Shown here piece after piece: positions 1 through 12,566 of a stretch of 64,000 nucleotides of DNA. The position numbers were made by a program, and so were the translations under genes. The stretch spans positions 68,076,001 to 68,140,000 of the forward strand of contig OZ024747.1 in the NCBI GenBank assembly GCA_964016885.1, written 5' to 3'. Source of the stretch: Eledone cirrhosa. Its lineage: Eukaryota. Within the stretch, counting starts at the first letter, position 1. Each line of letters begins with the position of its first letter. A model generated the notes under the pieces. It ran no database searches. It had not been told where the DNA came from and worked only from the letters and a program-made list of their open reading frames with translations.

Positions 1-9
1 ACGTCTCAC

Positions 10-156
10 CTGTTCGTGGTGTTCTGAAAGAACTCGGTGAGTAAACATGTCATCTACAATAGTAGGTTCAATCCCTGCCTCATCCTCCATTGTTTCCTGA
101 GACTCAGACACATCTGGCTTTTCCTCAGACACATCCTTTGTGCGGTCCACAGTATC
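10..156 (-). CDS. Host gene internal exon (147 nt, 49 aa DTVDRTK...IVDDMFTHRVLSEHHEQ), product unknown
   Basis: Minus strand: ...tatcacAG|GAT ACT GTG ... CAC GAA CAG|GTgagac. Open, phase 0-0, and similar to the exon at 8164-8340. Confidence 0.75.
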
Positions 157-224
157 CTGTGATACATACTTAGTTTAGTGGAATCAAAAATAACAACCAT
201 GTGGTCCCTTAGGTTAGCATATGT

Positions 225-256
<32 letters not shown>

Positions 257-3039
257 AGCAGTGTTAGCAGTTAAAAGCCAATAGTTAGTAGTAATAGCAA
301 CAGCAGTAGCAGTGATGGTAGTGGTTGTACCAATAGCATATAAGGGAAGCAAAAAAAAAAAGCCTAAAGAAAAACACACCTTATATATGTGAGTTTATAT
401 ATATATATATTAGATGATTGAGTAGATTTGTGGTTTACTGAGAAAGGTACTCATATCAGCAATCAAATCACAGAATGTATTTATCAAGAACAAAATGCAA
501 TTTCACATTTAAGTTATTATTATTATGCTCAGTTATAAACCTAAATGTGAAACCTTGCTTTGTTTTTAATAGATAGATAGATAGAGTTCGGATATATAAA
601 GATGAGTTCAGATCAAGCTGTTGAAACAGTCGGAGCTCAGCCACCGGGGTCCTGACTCTTTTCCTATAGATAGATAGATAGATATATGTATATAGGGTAA
701 AGACCCCCTTCAGTCATGAATGGCTATAGGATTTGCACCAATAATAATCCAACAGTGGTAGTGTTGGTGCTATCATAAGATACAACCAGTATACTGTAAA
801 ATGATATTGCTGGTTCCATGATAACATGCATCCAGTACACTCTGTAATGCGGTGGTGCGGGCGGCAGGATAAAATGCCCCCCAGTACACTCTGCAAATCC
901 TTGGAATTAGGAAGAACATTCAGCCATAGAAACCATGCTAAAATATGGAACATATGAACAATACATCATTCTTTGCTCCATCTAGTCTCAGACCATGATG
1001 ACCCATCCAACAACTGCCAGTATCAAAAGCGGACATAAAATAATCATGATGATGCTCGCTCACATGCACACATGTTCGCACGCACGCACGCACGCACACA
1101 CGCACACACACACACACACAGTCCTTCTGACAATTCATCAGAAATATGCAAATTTTAAAAAATGAATGAGCTTTTGCAATGCATAAAGAATGGGGTTGTT
1201 TGAAGCCCCTGAAGCAAGGGTTTGAATCTTAAAAAAGATATTCATGCAGGATTTTTATATTTAGTATTTTTTTTTATGATGGGTGCAGATTTTGGGGTAA
1301 CTTTCTTCCCCAAATACTTTTCTTCCAGGAAAATGAACAATTACATTATTACATTCTATTCATGCAACTGCTAAAATGGATATAACCTATCCATTGCAGA
1401 AGATGCAAATATATATTTTTTAATGAAGTGTTCCAGCTTTGCAATGGGAGAAGTATGATATAGTTCAAGCCACTAGAGCAATGGTTCCCAACTTGATGTC
1501 CTTGGACCTTTGGAGAGGGGAAGATGTATGTGTAAAACTATAGGACAGTGAGCTAAGTTAAGTATTTCAAGAACATTGTTAAAAACATGATATACACATA
1601 CTATTGAGTATCCATTCTTCTCTAAGTATAAACAGTTCTCTTTTTCCATTGTTACTCTCACTGTATAACAATTTCAAGTACTTTGTTAACAACATAATAT
1701 ATACACTATTGTATATATATTCTTCTCTAAATATAAACATTTCTCTGTTTCAATTATTATTCTTACTCTATAATAATCTGGGAAAGGAGTAATTGTAGCA
1801 GGGTTTCTGTGGGAAAATTTATTCAAATAAAAGGAAACCTTAGTAATGAAAATGTTGGGGACCACTGCACTAGAGCTGGATTTCAATTCTCTAGAAGTCA
1901 TGCAGCAGACATCCTAAGGGATCTAAAATTAAGGTTGTTGAACATAATCAAAGTTACAAGATATTTCTCAGAGATTCTCAACATAACAGGTCATATCTTT
2001 GCCATTATATTATATTGTGTAGGTCTTCTTGTTGCCTTCTCCACATAGATATAAAATTTATGATTTGTTTATGTAAAGCAAAAATGACAATAAGAGTGCT
2101 GTACTTGTATCAGCTTTCATCTCAGTTAGATTGTAGTAGCTCCAGCCTGAGAATCCACAACACTGTAAACAGAAGTCATCCCTACTCTTGGACATCTACA
2201 CTCAGTATCCCTAGAGCAAGGTAGCTAGGACTTAGATCCCACTGACCTAAAAACATTATTCCATATGATGTGTGCAGCTTGATTGCCTCAGCTGAACAAA
2301 TACCCTAACATATGTCCTCGTCACAGCACATCCACTTTTAAATAGTGTTCAGTAGGAAGATGAGAGTTCAGCTCTATAACCATTCAAATTTCTGGCTTAT
2401 AATCAAGTATGGATATGTTTTAGAATCTAGCAAATACTGATAGTATTGATCTCTGTTTCTGCAAATATCTTACGGCAAGTCTCTTCAAAATCAAAGATAT
2501 GTCTGTTCCAATATTCAATATTCAATACCATGAAGTGATGCTATGGATTACACTATTGTAAAGTATGTATGCTTGCAGTTGAAGAACATCTGCACAAATT
2601 ATACTCCAATGGAATTCCAATATCAACATGAATTCACACAAAATATAAGAATAGTGACAGTCATGCCCTTCTTAGAGCCATTAGTGAGGTAAATGAGCAG
2701 AGATGAAAATTATGATTCAAGTAATATTTTTATCAGGTTATTTATAATTTGATATAAAAGCCATAAACAAAGTGTTATGTGAAAGAGAGAGAGACAGAGT
2801 ACTTTTATGTATTTATCCAATATATATTGTAAAAAATCTCAACATCAGTGAGAAAATTAATAAATTAGTGTTTCCAAATTAAAATACCTGGTGGTATTTG
2901 TTCTACCTAAGTTACACAGACTAATTTCCAAATCCGATAAACCTCTCTTGACCAGCCCATATTTACAAGTATGAAAATCTGAACACACTCTCCCACAATA
3001 CTATTGAAATGGCTAAAAGTTCTTAGTCCACCCAGTAAG

Positions 3040-3462
3040 GTGGCCATGCTAATGACAACAAAACCCCCTAGTCCACTACGTAAGGTGCTCATGTTGGCAT
3101 CAAGACAAAAGAGCACTGAGTCCTCTCTGTTAGGTAACATGACAAAAGAGCACCTAATCCTCCCTGCAAGGTGATCATGTTAGCACCACAACACAACAAT
3201 AAATGCTTAGTCCACCTTGTAAAGTGGAAGTGACGGTAACATGACAAAAGCCCCTAGTCCACACTGTAAAGTAGTTATATTTATGACATGACAAAAAGTA
3301 CCCAGTCCACACTGTAAATGTGATTGGTGTTAGGAAGGGCATCCAACCATAGAGACAAAGCCAGAAACGGTTCTGTATGAACAAAACATGGTCATCTGAT
3401 CTGACTTGTCTCACAAGACAACTTGTCTAACCCATGCTAGTGTGTAAAATGACATTAAATGG

Positions 3463-3491
<29 letters not shown>
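3040..3491 (+). mobile_element. RTE-tail SINE / LINE 3' fragment with internal tandem repeats and (GAT)n tail; related pieces at ~800-1055(+), 8880-9120(-), 9750-9903(+), 11060-11310(+), 11510-11715(+)
   Basis: Shares ggtgttaggaagggcatcc...aacccatgctag...(gat)n with the 3' UTR of the RTE at 47571-47870. Confidence 0.7.
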
Positions 3492-3495
<4 letters not shown>

Positions 3496-4301
3496 TCTTG
3501 AAATAAATAGCTTTGTATTATAGAAACAGGGGCAGTTTCAGGTTGGTTAGAATCAAAAGGCTTAAATCTGCATAAGTAAAATAAGATTCTGTGATATTCA
3601 ACTCTTTATAAAAGACATGACAAAGTGAAATGTTACAAGTTTTGTGGGTTGGGGCTGTTTTTTGTTGTTGTTGTTTTTTTATTAAATCAAGTAAAACAAA
3701 AAGAATACAAAAATAAAATAAATTAAATATTAGTGAAACAGAGGTAATGGGATGGTGAGATAGCTGGGAGAGGAGGAAATAGAGGGGTAATAAGGATGAA
3801 AAGAATTAAATCGAAAAAAAGAGAGACCAATATATATGAAAATGACAGTGATCTAACGATAAAGTGATCAGTCAGGGGAATATATATAAAGATATAATGA
3901 TTAAAAAGCACAGCAAAATAAACACCACACCATAAAATATATATATATTTTAAATAGCTAGGGAAAAATACTCAGGGATACAGTCTGTATATAACCCAAA
4001 TAGCCAAATCCTGTGTTAACATGGTATAGTGAGCAAAGAAATTCTAATTCCAATCCAATCCAGGGCCTTCTCACTCTTATTGGAGGAGCCCTCCCTAGTT
4101 GACCTCCACCGCTTTCTTTGGTTTTGGTCATGTCTGGGGTGTAGCCATACTCACCACATTTGGTGAGGCTATTTAACCCATAGTTGTGATGGATGGCCAT
4201 TGACTCTGAAATAATTAAGCTAATGATTTTTTTCTCCTCATCATGGGTGTAATTTTAATTATGTAAAACACTGTGTAAAATGGTTTGCATTAATTAGAAC
4301 T

Positions 4302-4492
4302 GGGCGGGGGATTGGCAGCATCGGTAGAGCATCATACACCATGCTTTGCAGCACAGAGTTATGGCCCTTTATGTTCTGAGTTCAAATTCCGCCGAGTTTA
4401 ATTTTGCCTTTCATCCTTACGGGGTTGATAAAATAAAGCACCAGTAATGTACTGGGGAAATTGCTGGCCTTGTGCCAAAAGAAGAAACAATT
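4302..4492 (+). mobile_element. SINE family 2 (tRNA-like head), copy A
   Basis: B-box-like gagttcaaattcc, core gcctttcatccttacggggttgataaaataa, end gctggccttgtgccaaaa; repeated at 4611-4801(-) and 10072-10263(+). Confidence 0.75.
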
Positions 4493-4610
4493 AATTAGGA
4501 ATGACTTCAAGCCATAGAAAATTTGCCATACAAAGGGTCGAGAGAATTTTTCATTTGAATCAAGGGCACAACAATCTCCCTAGTGGTGGTGCCATGATAA
4601 GATACAACTA

Positions 4611-4801
4611 TAATTGTTTCTACTTTTGGCACAAGGCCAGCAATTACCCAGTGTGTTACTGGTACTTTATTTTATCAACCACGTAAGGATGAAAGGCAAA
4701 GTTAACCTTGGCAGGATTTGAACTCAGAATGGCAAGGGCCGTAACTCTATGCGTCAAAGCATGGCATTCGACCCTCTACCGATACTGCCAATCCACCGCC
4801 C
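4611..4801 (-). mobile_element. SINE family 2, copy B (inverted relative to copy A)
   Basis: Reverse complement matches 4302-4492 and 10072-10263. Confidence 0.75.
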
Positions 4802-5144
4802 TAAGATACAACTATAATACTCTTTAAAGAGCAGGAATGTATGTAAGTGAAATGCAGGTTTTAACCAGACCATCTGTGAGAACAGTGACTCTGATTAAGT
4901 ACTATCTTGAATTGTAACAGCTCATCCAGCACATACTAGAAAAACGTGTTAAATCGTGATAATGAGCTTTGCTCACTACATTAAATATGCTAACATTGAG
5001 CTTATCATATATAATTTAATCTGGTGTGAAGCTGGCTGCAAAAGTTAGGTTGGAGGCACAGGCACAACACTCCCCAGACTAAGCTATCAAAAGTATAACA
5101 GTAAAATAACCTGGGGCAATAATTAAGTAGAAAGCTAATTCCAT

Positions 5145-5340
5145 ATCACCATTGAATGTAGAGATATCACCATTAAATGTAGAGATATAACCATTAAATG
5201 TAGAGATATAACCATTAAATGTAGAGATATCACCATTAAATGTAGAGATATCACCATTAAATGTAGAGATATCACCATTAGATGTAGAGATATCACCATT
5301 AGATGTAGAGATATCACCACTGAATGTAGAGATATCACCC
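5145..5340. repeat. 21-bp minisatellite ATGTAGAGATATCACCATTAA, about 9 copies
   Basis: Visible tandem array; gives the GDISTFN / MVISLHL pseudo-ORFs. Confidence 0.95.
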
Positions 5341-5463
5341 TTCAACATAACTGTATATATATGCAGTACAGGGTTAACTCAGATGCATGAATGTGTATAT
5401 AAATATATACAGACATATTCAGTATACAGCATTCACTCCAGATAGAGCCGCTACTTCTCTGAA

Positions 5464-5730
5464 TTGAGAGATCACAGCTCCAATACTATGGGTATGTGGT
5501 TAGAAAGTCTCAGTAAAGAATTGTTGGACAGATTTTACGGGAAAAAACCAACAGGTAAGAGACCTAGGGGTAGATCCTGTGCAAGATGGTTGGATAACAT
5601 CCGTGAACTTAGCTGGTCACGCTTGGAGATCCAGCTGGATCAGTTGCTTCTGACAGGACCCACTGGAGAGAATGTTCGAGAACTCTGCCCTCACGACCCT
5701 CTCAGGAAAATGTGGGTGAAGAAGGAGAGT
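5464..5730 (+). pseudogene. Old RTE-type LINE 3' end fragment
   Basis: KPTGKRPRGRSCARWLDNI matches the GxRxxGRPxxxWxDxI C-terminal motif of RTE ORFs. Confidence 0.6.
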
Positions 5731-6577
5731 ATACAGACATGTATACATGCCAAATTTACATATTTCTCTGTAGAGTGAAAAAAGAAATGTATAACTTAGT
5801 CTGGGAGCAGTGACCCTTTCAAGGTTAGGTTGAGATTAGAGGCACAACACCCCCAGACATAGCTATCAAAAATATTATCAAATAGTAAAAAGGTATTGCA
5901 CAATAATTAAGCGGCTCCTTGTCTGCAGTGATTATATGGTTGTCCCAAAGCAACTCTTAAGTTTGGAGAGAAAGAAATGTTATGGTTGTTAGAGGATTAA
6001 AATATAATTTAGGTAACACAGAAATAATAACAACAAAACATCAAAATAATATGATGAAAAAATATATAAAATATTTAGTAATAAAACAATATATCAATAT
6101 CAATAAGAAAAGGAAAGAAAGAAAAGAGAGAAAGAAAGATAGACAGAAAAAAAGATAAAATGAAATAAGTAACAACAGAAAGAAAGAAGTCAAAACAACA
6201 ACTACAACAAAAGTCTAAAGAAAGAACAACAAGGGAACAATAAAGTCACAAGAACAACAGAAACAAAAAGAAAGTAACAACAACAATAATAGGAACAGAA
6301 AGGAGTCACAACAACAACATTAAATAATGTGCAAGTGGCTGAGCATTCCACAGATACATATATTTTCAACGGAGTTCTCAGGGAGATTAACACAATGTGT
6401 GACAAGGCTGGCCCTTTGAATTACAGGTACAACACATTTTTGTCAGCTGTGTGGGCTGGAGCAATAAGAAATAAAGTATCTTGCTCAAGGACACTAGGAA
6501 TTAAATTCACAACATTACCTCTTTACCCCACTCTCAAAATATATATGTGTGTGTATGTATATATGTGTGTATGTATA

Positions 6578-6608
<31 letters not shown>

Positions 6609-6616
6609 GCATATAT

Positions 6617-7094
6617 ATGCAAGGGGGCCTCAAAAAGTTCATGGATAAAGGACAGTTGGAAAAAATGGTTTAAGTTATGCTTATTTTTTCAACATATGCT
6701 TCATCTAGGTCAATACACTTTTACAAATGTTGATACCACCCTTTAAGTCCACCAGTGTAAAACTGAGGGCCATGCGATTTAAATCATATCAAAGCAGATT
6801 TTTTTACATCTTCAACCTCATCTCTTCCACTTCTAAAATGACATCCATTTGTAGGTTATTGATTTCTTTGGGGCGTTGTCTCCTTAAACTTCCTCCAAAG
6901 CATCAATGATTTCACTGCTCTTCCACTCTAGCTTCACCATGAATTTGATGTTTTGATGGAGGCCATGTAGCTCGAGCGGGTTGCAGCATGCATTTAAGGG
7001 TTCATGTTAGAACATGTTATGGCATATCAGTACGGGAACGTACAGGTGCATTGAGATCAAAATCCCTGCATATGATTTTCGAAACACCCTCATA
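6617..7094. mobile_element. Degenerate internally deleted mariner-like element between TA tracts
   Basis: Left end caagggggcctcaaaaagttc and right-end reverse complement tgagggtgtttcgaaaatc resemble mariner TIRs; no transposase ORF. Confidence 0.5.
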
Positions 7095-7376
7095 TATATA
7101 TATATATATATATATACACGCACATGCATCGAATCCAAATACACTCAACAAAATAGACACACCCAAAGCTAACACATCAATTTTTCCACTTTTAACCCTC
7201 TCTTTACCATATTTTTAATGAAAGTACTGCATGTAATTTTCAAATCCTTTTGAAAATAATCAAGAATTTGGAGGGATTTACTAATATATGTAAATGTCCC
7301 ATTATTAAGTTGTGCTTGAAGCATAATACAACAAAGATTTTACATAAAATTATGATGGAAAGTTTTTAGATAAATA

Positions 7377-7849
7377 TACCATAAGTGCCCGAATATAAGT
7401 CGACCCTCTTCCATTATTTCATGTCTGAGAAATGGGCAAAAATCCAAGCTGCTAATCAACAGATAATGTTTAAATTATGCAGTTTTGAAATTCTTATGAG
7501 TGGAGAATATGAAGTTTTAATATTTTGACGTTTAAAATGTCGTTTAGTGTATAGTTTATATTTCACAACTCCATTACTTAGTGATTTTTTTTTTATCAGT
7601 TTCCGAATATTTTAAAGGCCATATTCGTTCAAAACACGTCAAAAATGATTTTCACATCGAAAGTGAAACTGGTGAAATATACCCCTCCAAAGCAAAAATA
7701 TTTTAGCAGCTCATTTGTGTAGAATTTTGAAGTTGGTGAAAACTGGCAAAATATTGACCTTGAATATAAGCTGACCCCCACCCCATTTTACCATCGATTT
7801 TTTTTTTTTAATCACATATTTATCAGCTTATATACAAGTATATATGGTA
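7377..7849. mobile_element. Tc1/mariner-pogo type MITE nested in an older repeat
   Basis: TAccataagtgcccgaatataagtcga ... tcagcttatatacaagtatatatggTA: imperfect TIRs with TA ends. The flanks rejoin to sequence similar to 7960-8070. Confidence 0.6.
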
Positions 7850-8163
7850 AATGCTTTGAAATATAAGAATCAGGGGCAGATTGATATTAAAAAAATTAAT
7901 TTAGTATCTGGAACATTTACCATTAAACATCCATTTTTCCTGCTAGCAAAGGAGACATCAAATTATGATGGAATGTTTTTTAGATAAAGATAAACACTTT
8001 AAAATATAAACAGCTTTGTATCATAGAACTAGAGGCAGTTTCAGGCAAGCTGGTATCAAAAGTGTTAAAGCTTCATGAAGTGTTAAAGCTTCATGAAAAA
8101 GACAAACAAAAATAACAAAAATATTTTCCACCATAGTTGAGTTAAAGTGATAGAAAGTCTCAC

Positions 8164-8340
8164 CTGTATATGATACTCTGCTAGTACCTTTTGTGCAAAC
8201 ACATCATTAACAGCTAACTCCTCATTGTTGTTTAATGTATCTTCATCATTTGATTGTGGGTTAACATGTTGGGGCAAGTTATGTTCCAACTTGTTCAGGG
8301 TCCGATCCATAAAATCCAAGTGGTGTTGGATTAGGGTCAT
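8164..8340 (-). CDS. Host gene internal exon (177 nt, 59 aa MTLIQHHLDFMDRT...VNDVFAQKVLAEYHIQ)
   Basis: Poly-T tract + catctAG acceptor, CAG|GTgagac donor, phase 0-0; lies in ORF 8083..8340. Confidence 0.8.
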
Positions 8341-9405
8341 CTAGATGAAAAAAAAAAAATAGATGTGAAACAAAAACATATTTACACATACAACATATAC
8401 ACACATAACATATACACACAACATATACACACAACATATACACACATACACAATGAGCTTCTACTCGAAAGACATTGGCTAACATAAAGCTACAATAGAA
8501 GACATTTGATTATGGTGTTCCAGTGTTCTGAAAGAAAAATGGTAGTAAATGTATTTACAGATTTTTGTTTTTTTAAACCAGGTGAGAGAGGGTGAGAAAA
8601 AGAGAGAGACTGACATACAGAGAGAGAGAAAGAGAGACTGGTACACACAGATAAACAGAGAGGGAGAGAGACTGAGAGACAGACTGACAGACAGAGAGAG
8701 AGAGAGACACACACACACACACACACAGAGAGACTGATACACACAGACAGACATGCAGAGACAGATGACACACACACAGACAGACACACACACACTGACA
8801 GACACACACAGACAGACAGACACAAACAGATACACAAATAGACACACAGGCACACAGATAAATACACACACAGACAAACATCATCATCATCAACGTTTAA
8901 CGTCCATGTTCCACGCTTGCATGGGTTTGGACGGGGGTTTTCCCACTTGAGGCAAGAGTGGTTGTCTTGCTCGCATAGGACTGTCTGGCAGGTTTTCTAC
9001 GGCTGGATGCCCTTCCTAACACCAACCACATTTACAGTGGGTCTGGGAGGTTTTTACCTTGTTACCTACACGGCCACATTACAGCGTGGACTGTGTGTTT
9101 TTTTGTCGTGACACCTACACGACCTCATTTGTTTCAGCCTGGATGTTGTGGCACCAACATAACTTTACATTGAAAGGGGCGGTGTGGATGGGGTAGGGGG
9201 GTGTATTTTGTAAACACACACACAATATTGAATGGATTATCTTGTTTTTTCTTTACTATTTGTTGATGGTGGCTATAATCTCTCCCCCCCCCCCCCTCCT
9301 CTCTCTGAACTGAAAATTAGTTTTTATTTTCATGAAATAATCTCAAATGTTTCCTAACTCTGATGACATCCAGTTCAAGATTGAAATATGTATCATTTCA
9401 TTTTA

Positions 9406-9729
9406 TTTTACGTCCACTTTCTTCCTGCTTGCAAGGGTGGGACGGGAACTGATTCTGGCTTGATTTCTACAGCTGGATGCCCTTCCTAACACCAACCTCA
9501 TTTACAGTGAGTGCTGGGTACTTTTTTGCCGTGGCACCTCCACGACCACTTTGCAGTGGAATGATATGGACTCCAGTCCCTATCATCTCATTTCTACAGC
9601 TGAGTAAACTGGAGCAATGTGAAATAAAGTGTCTTGCTCAAGGAAACAACACACCACCCAGTCTGAGAATTGAACTCACAATCTTTCGATTGCAAGGTCA
9701 ATGCTCTAACCACTAAGCCATGTACCTCC
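9406..9729 (-). mobile_element. tRNA-head / Meta-like core / RTE-tail SINE (family 1)
   Basis: Reverse complement is closely similar to 11801-12138. Confidence 0.85.
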
Positions 9730-10071
9730 ATGTATATTTAATTAAAATTTTATGAGGTTGGCATTGGGACGGTCATCTAGCTGTAGAAACCAAGCCAAAA
9801 TCAGTTCTGAATGACCTAGCATTGCCCACAACAGGACAACTCGTCTAACCCATGCTAGTGTGGAAAATGGAAATAAAACGATGATGATGATGATGATGAT
9901 GATGGTTACTAAGAGATAAATACTACCTAGAATAAATGGGTTGGCAACATGAAGAGCATTTCACCACAAAACATTGTCTCAAAAGTACCCATTGTTCTGT
10001 GGAAACTGACCTCGTATGCAAGTTGAAAGATTAAAAAAAAAAGTCTAAAGATTATTGTATTCAATTATATT

Positions 10072-10263
10072 AGGGTGGTGGATTGGCAGTATCGATAGAG
10101 GGTCAGACACCATACTTTGCAGCATACAGTTATGGCTCTTTACAGTCTGAGTTCAAATCCCACCGAGGTTAACTTTGCCTTTCATCCTTACGGGGTCGAT
10201 AAAATAAAGTACCAGTAATGTACTGAAGTAATTGCTGGCCTTGTGCCAAAAGTAGAAACAATT
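10072..10263 (+). mobile_element. SINE family 2, copy C
   Basis: Similar to 4302-4492. Confidence 0.75.
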
Positions 10264-11020
10264 ATATTGGAAGATTTTAATTTTAATAAAAATGGGTGGT
10301 TTGTTTCAAAGAATCAGAGCTGGTTTTGGCCAAGTTGGTATCAAAAGGGTTTATAAAAAGATATGTCATTACAAAATATGTGCTGAAATGTTCAGTAAAG
10401 TTCTTCAGATGTGCTGAGTTGGCAGAAAAATGAGAATTGTGGCTGGTTTACTGGTTACTGTTGAAAATATTTTACTACCAAAACATATGGCACACATATT
10501 ATATGACAGTCCCAGAACCATTTACTTAAACACATACATACTTACACAAATGTGTGTGAGTATATATATATATATAAAGAGAGAGATATATATAAATATA
10601 ATACACACACACACAAACCCACACATTTATACACACACACACACATACACACACACACACACAAATAGATGCACATACAAGCAGTATATACAATTTCATA
10701 ATCATTCTGGAAATGTCAGAGCTGAAACTACAGCAGCTGTTTGTCATTGTGTTGGTGGCGGCAGTGTTATTCGTCTTGGAGAATGGTCTTGGATCAATGA
10801 CTTCACATTTTATACTATTACAACCACTTCACAAATGGCAGACTTTTCAAATTACACACACACACATACACAGATAATGACAAACATACTAACACATACA
10901 AATACATGTTAATATGTGGTAAATCAATACAGACATAAATATCTATGTATATACATGTGTGTATATGTATATTTATGTGTGTGCGCATATACAGTTATGT
11001 ATGAGTGTGTGTGTGTGTGC

Positions 11021-11058
<38 letters not shown>

Positions 11059-11800
11059 TGTAAAGTGGTACCCTATAAGGTGGTAGTGCTGGTGCCACAA
11101 CTAAAAACACCTAATCCACCCTGTAAGGTGATAGTGTTGGGTCATGAAAAAAAGCTCCCAGTACATGTTCTAAAGTGGTTGACATTAAAAAGAGCATCTA
11201 ATCATAGAAAACCAAGTAAAAAATGGAGAATATGAGCAAGATGTGGTCACCTAATTTATATTACCTCATTTAATGACACCCCATCTAACCCATGCAAGCA
11301 TTTAAAATTGATATGACCCGCCATCCCTACGTGCAAAGTTAAGCTAGTCAGTAGGTCCCTCCGACCCAAAATACACCCCAACCCATTACGCCTACTCTAT
11401 CCTTCCACTCCCGCCAACACCATCCCTTTCTCTATAAAGTTATGTTGGTACCACAACATCCAGTCCAAACTATTGAGGTTGTGTAGATGTCACAACAAAA
11501 AAAAACACATAGACCTCACTGTAATGTGGTCGTGTAGGTAACACGGTAAAAGGCTCCCAGTCCACACTGTAAATGTGGTTGGTGTTAGGAAGGCATCCAG
11601 CCATAGAAAACCTGCGAGACATGGTCACTCGACCAATCTTGTCTCAAGTAGGACAATTCCTGTCTAACTCATACTAGCATGGAAGATAGATGTTAAACGA
11701 TGATGATGATGACGATTAAATGGTGAAGATGATGATACAGATATGTGTATAAATGAAAGAGCACTGGACATGTTACAGAGACTAAATATTTCTAATAAGT

Positions 11801-12138
11801 GGAGGCGCATGGCTTAGTGGTTAGAGTATTGACCTTGCAACCGAAAGTTTGTGAGTTCAATTCTCAGACCGGGTGATGTGTTGTTTCCTTGAGCAAGACA
11901 CTTTATTTCATATTGCTCCAGTTTACTCAGCTGTAGAAATGAGATGATAGGGACTAGGGTCCCTATCATTCCACAATAAAGTGGTCGTGTAGGCGCCATG
12001 GAAAAAAAACACCCAGCACTCACTGTAAATGAGGTTGGTGTTAGGAAGGGCATCCAGCTGTAGAAATCAAGCCAGAATCAGTTCTCGTCCCACCCTTGCA
12101 AGCAGGGAAAAGCGGACGTAAAATGATGATGATGATGA
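11801..12138 (+). mobile_element. tRNA-head / Meta-like core / RTE-tail SINE (family 1), full length
   Basis: A box tggcttagtgg, B box gagttcaattc, core ccttgagcaagacacttt...ctccagtttactcagctgta, tail nearly identical to the RTE 3' UTR (reverse complement of 47680-47760), (GAT)n end. Confidence 0.85.
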
Positions 12139-12172
12139 ATACTAATCTGTAACTAAAATGTGCATTACTCAC

Positions 12173-12219
12173 AGTTTTACAGAAGTATAAGCATATATGA
12201 TCCATCAGATGCTGTCCAT
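12173..12219 (-). CDS. Host gene small exon (47 nt, (D)GQHLMDHICLYFCKT)
   Basis: ccttgtcatttAG acceptor, ACT|GTgagt donor. Phase 1-0 bridges the upstream exon (ends phase 1) to exon 8164-8340 (starts phase 0). Confidence 0.7.
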
Positions 12220-12343
12220 CTAAATGACAAGGCTTTCATATGTTCTAAAGTTGTATGAATATTATTGGACAATGTATAAGCCTTATCTTGCCTAGACAAC
12301 ATTGCTTCCAATATTACATGCTACGACAGAAAAGAGTATATAC

Positions 12344-12566
12344 CTGTGCATTCACATGCAACTGCCAAAATCAATCCACCTGTCCATGGAGAAGATTCTG
12401 CCTTTTCAATGCAATGGTTTATAATAGGATAACCCTCACTATATCTGATGATATCCTCAGGACTAACAGCTAACAACTTTAAAGAAAGGTTCACTGGTTC
12501 ACTCAGCATATGTACTCCTTCAGTAAAAAGGGATAGAAAAAATTCTTCCTCCCAATCATGCTTTAT
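12344..12566 (-). CDS. Host gene exon (IKHDWEEEFFLSLFTEGVHMLSEPVNL...AVACECT); alternative donor would end it at 12380
   Basis: aaaatcttcAG acceptor, open phase-0 frame overlapping ORF 12321..12509; donors ACAG|GTatat (12343) or ACAG|GTggat (12379), both phase 1. Confidence 0.7.

Noticed and set aside
1900-2700. Non-repetitive stretch with hints of a decayed hAT dimerisation motif (KYPNI...VFSR)
   Set aside because: Too degenerate; no sustained frame or TIRs visible.
5079-5348. GDISTFN repeat protein or CRISPR-like array
   Set aside because: Plain 21-bp tandem repeat without unique spacers or splice signals; eukaryotic context with no cas genes.
10365-10460. Candidate extra minus-strand exon (acceptor ...ctgccaactcAG)
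   Set aside because: Weak donor, and not needed for phase continuity between exons 12173-12219 and 8164-8340.
11801-11872. tRNA gene
   Set aside because: A/B boxes are present, but the sequence continues into a SINE core and LINE-derived tail; it is a SINE head.
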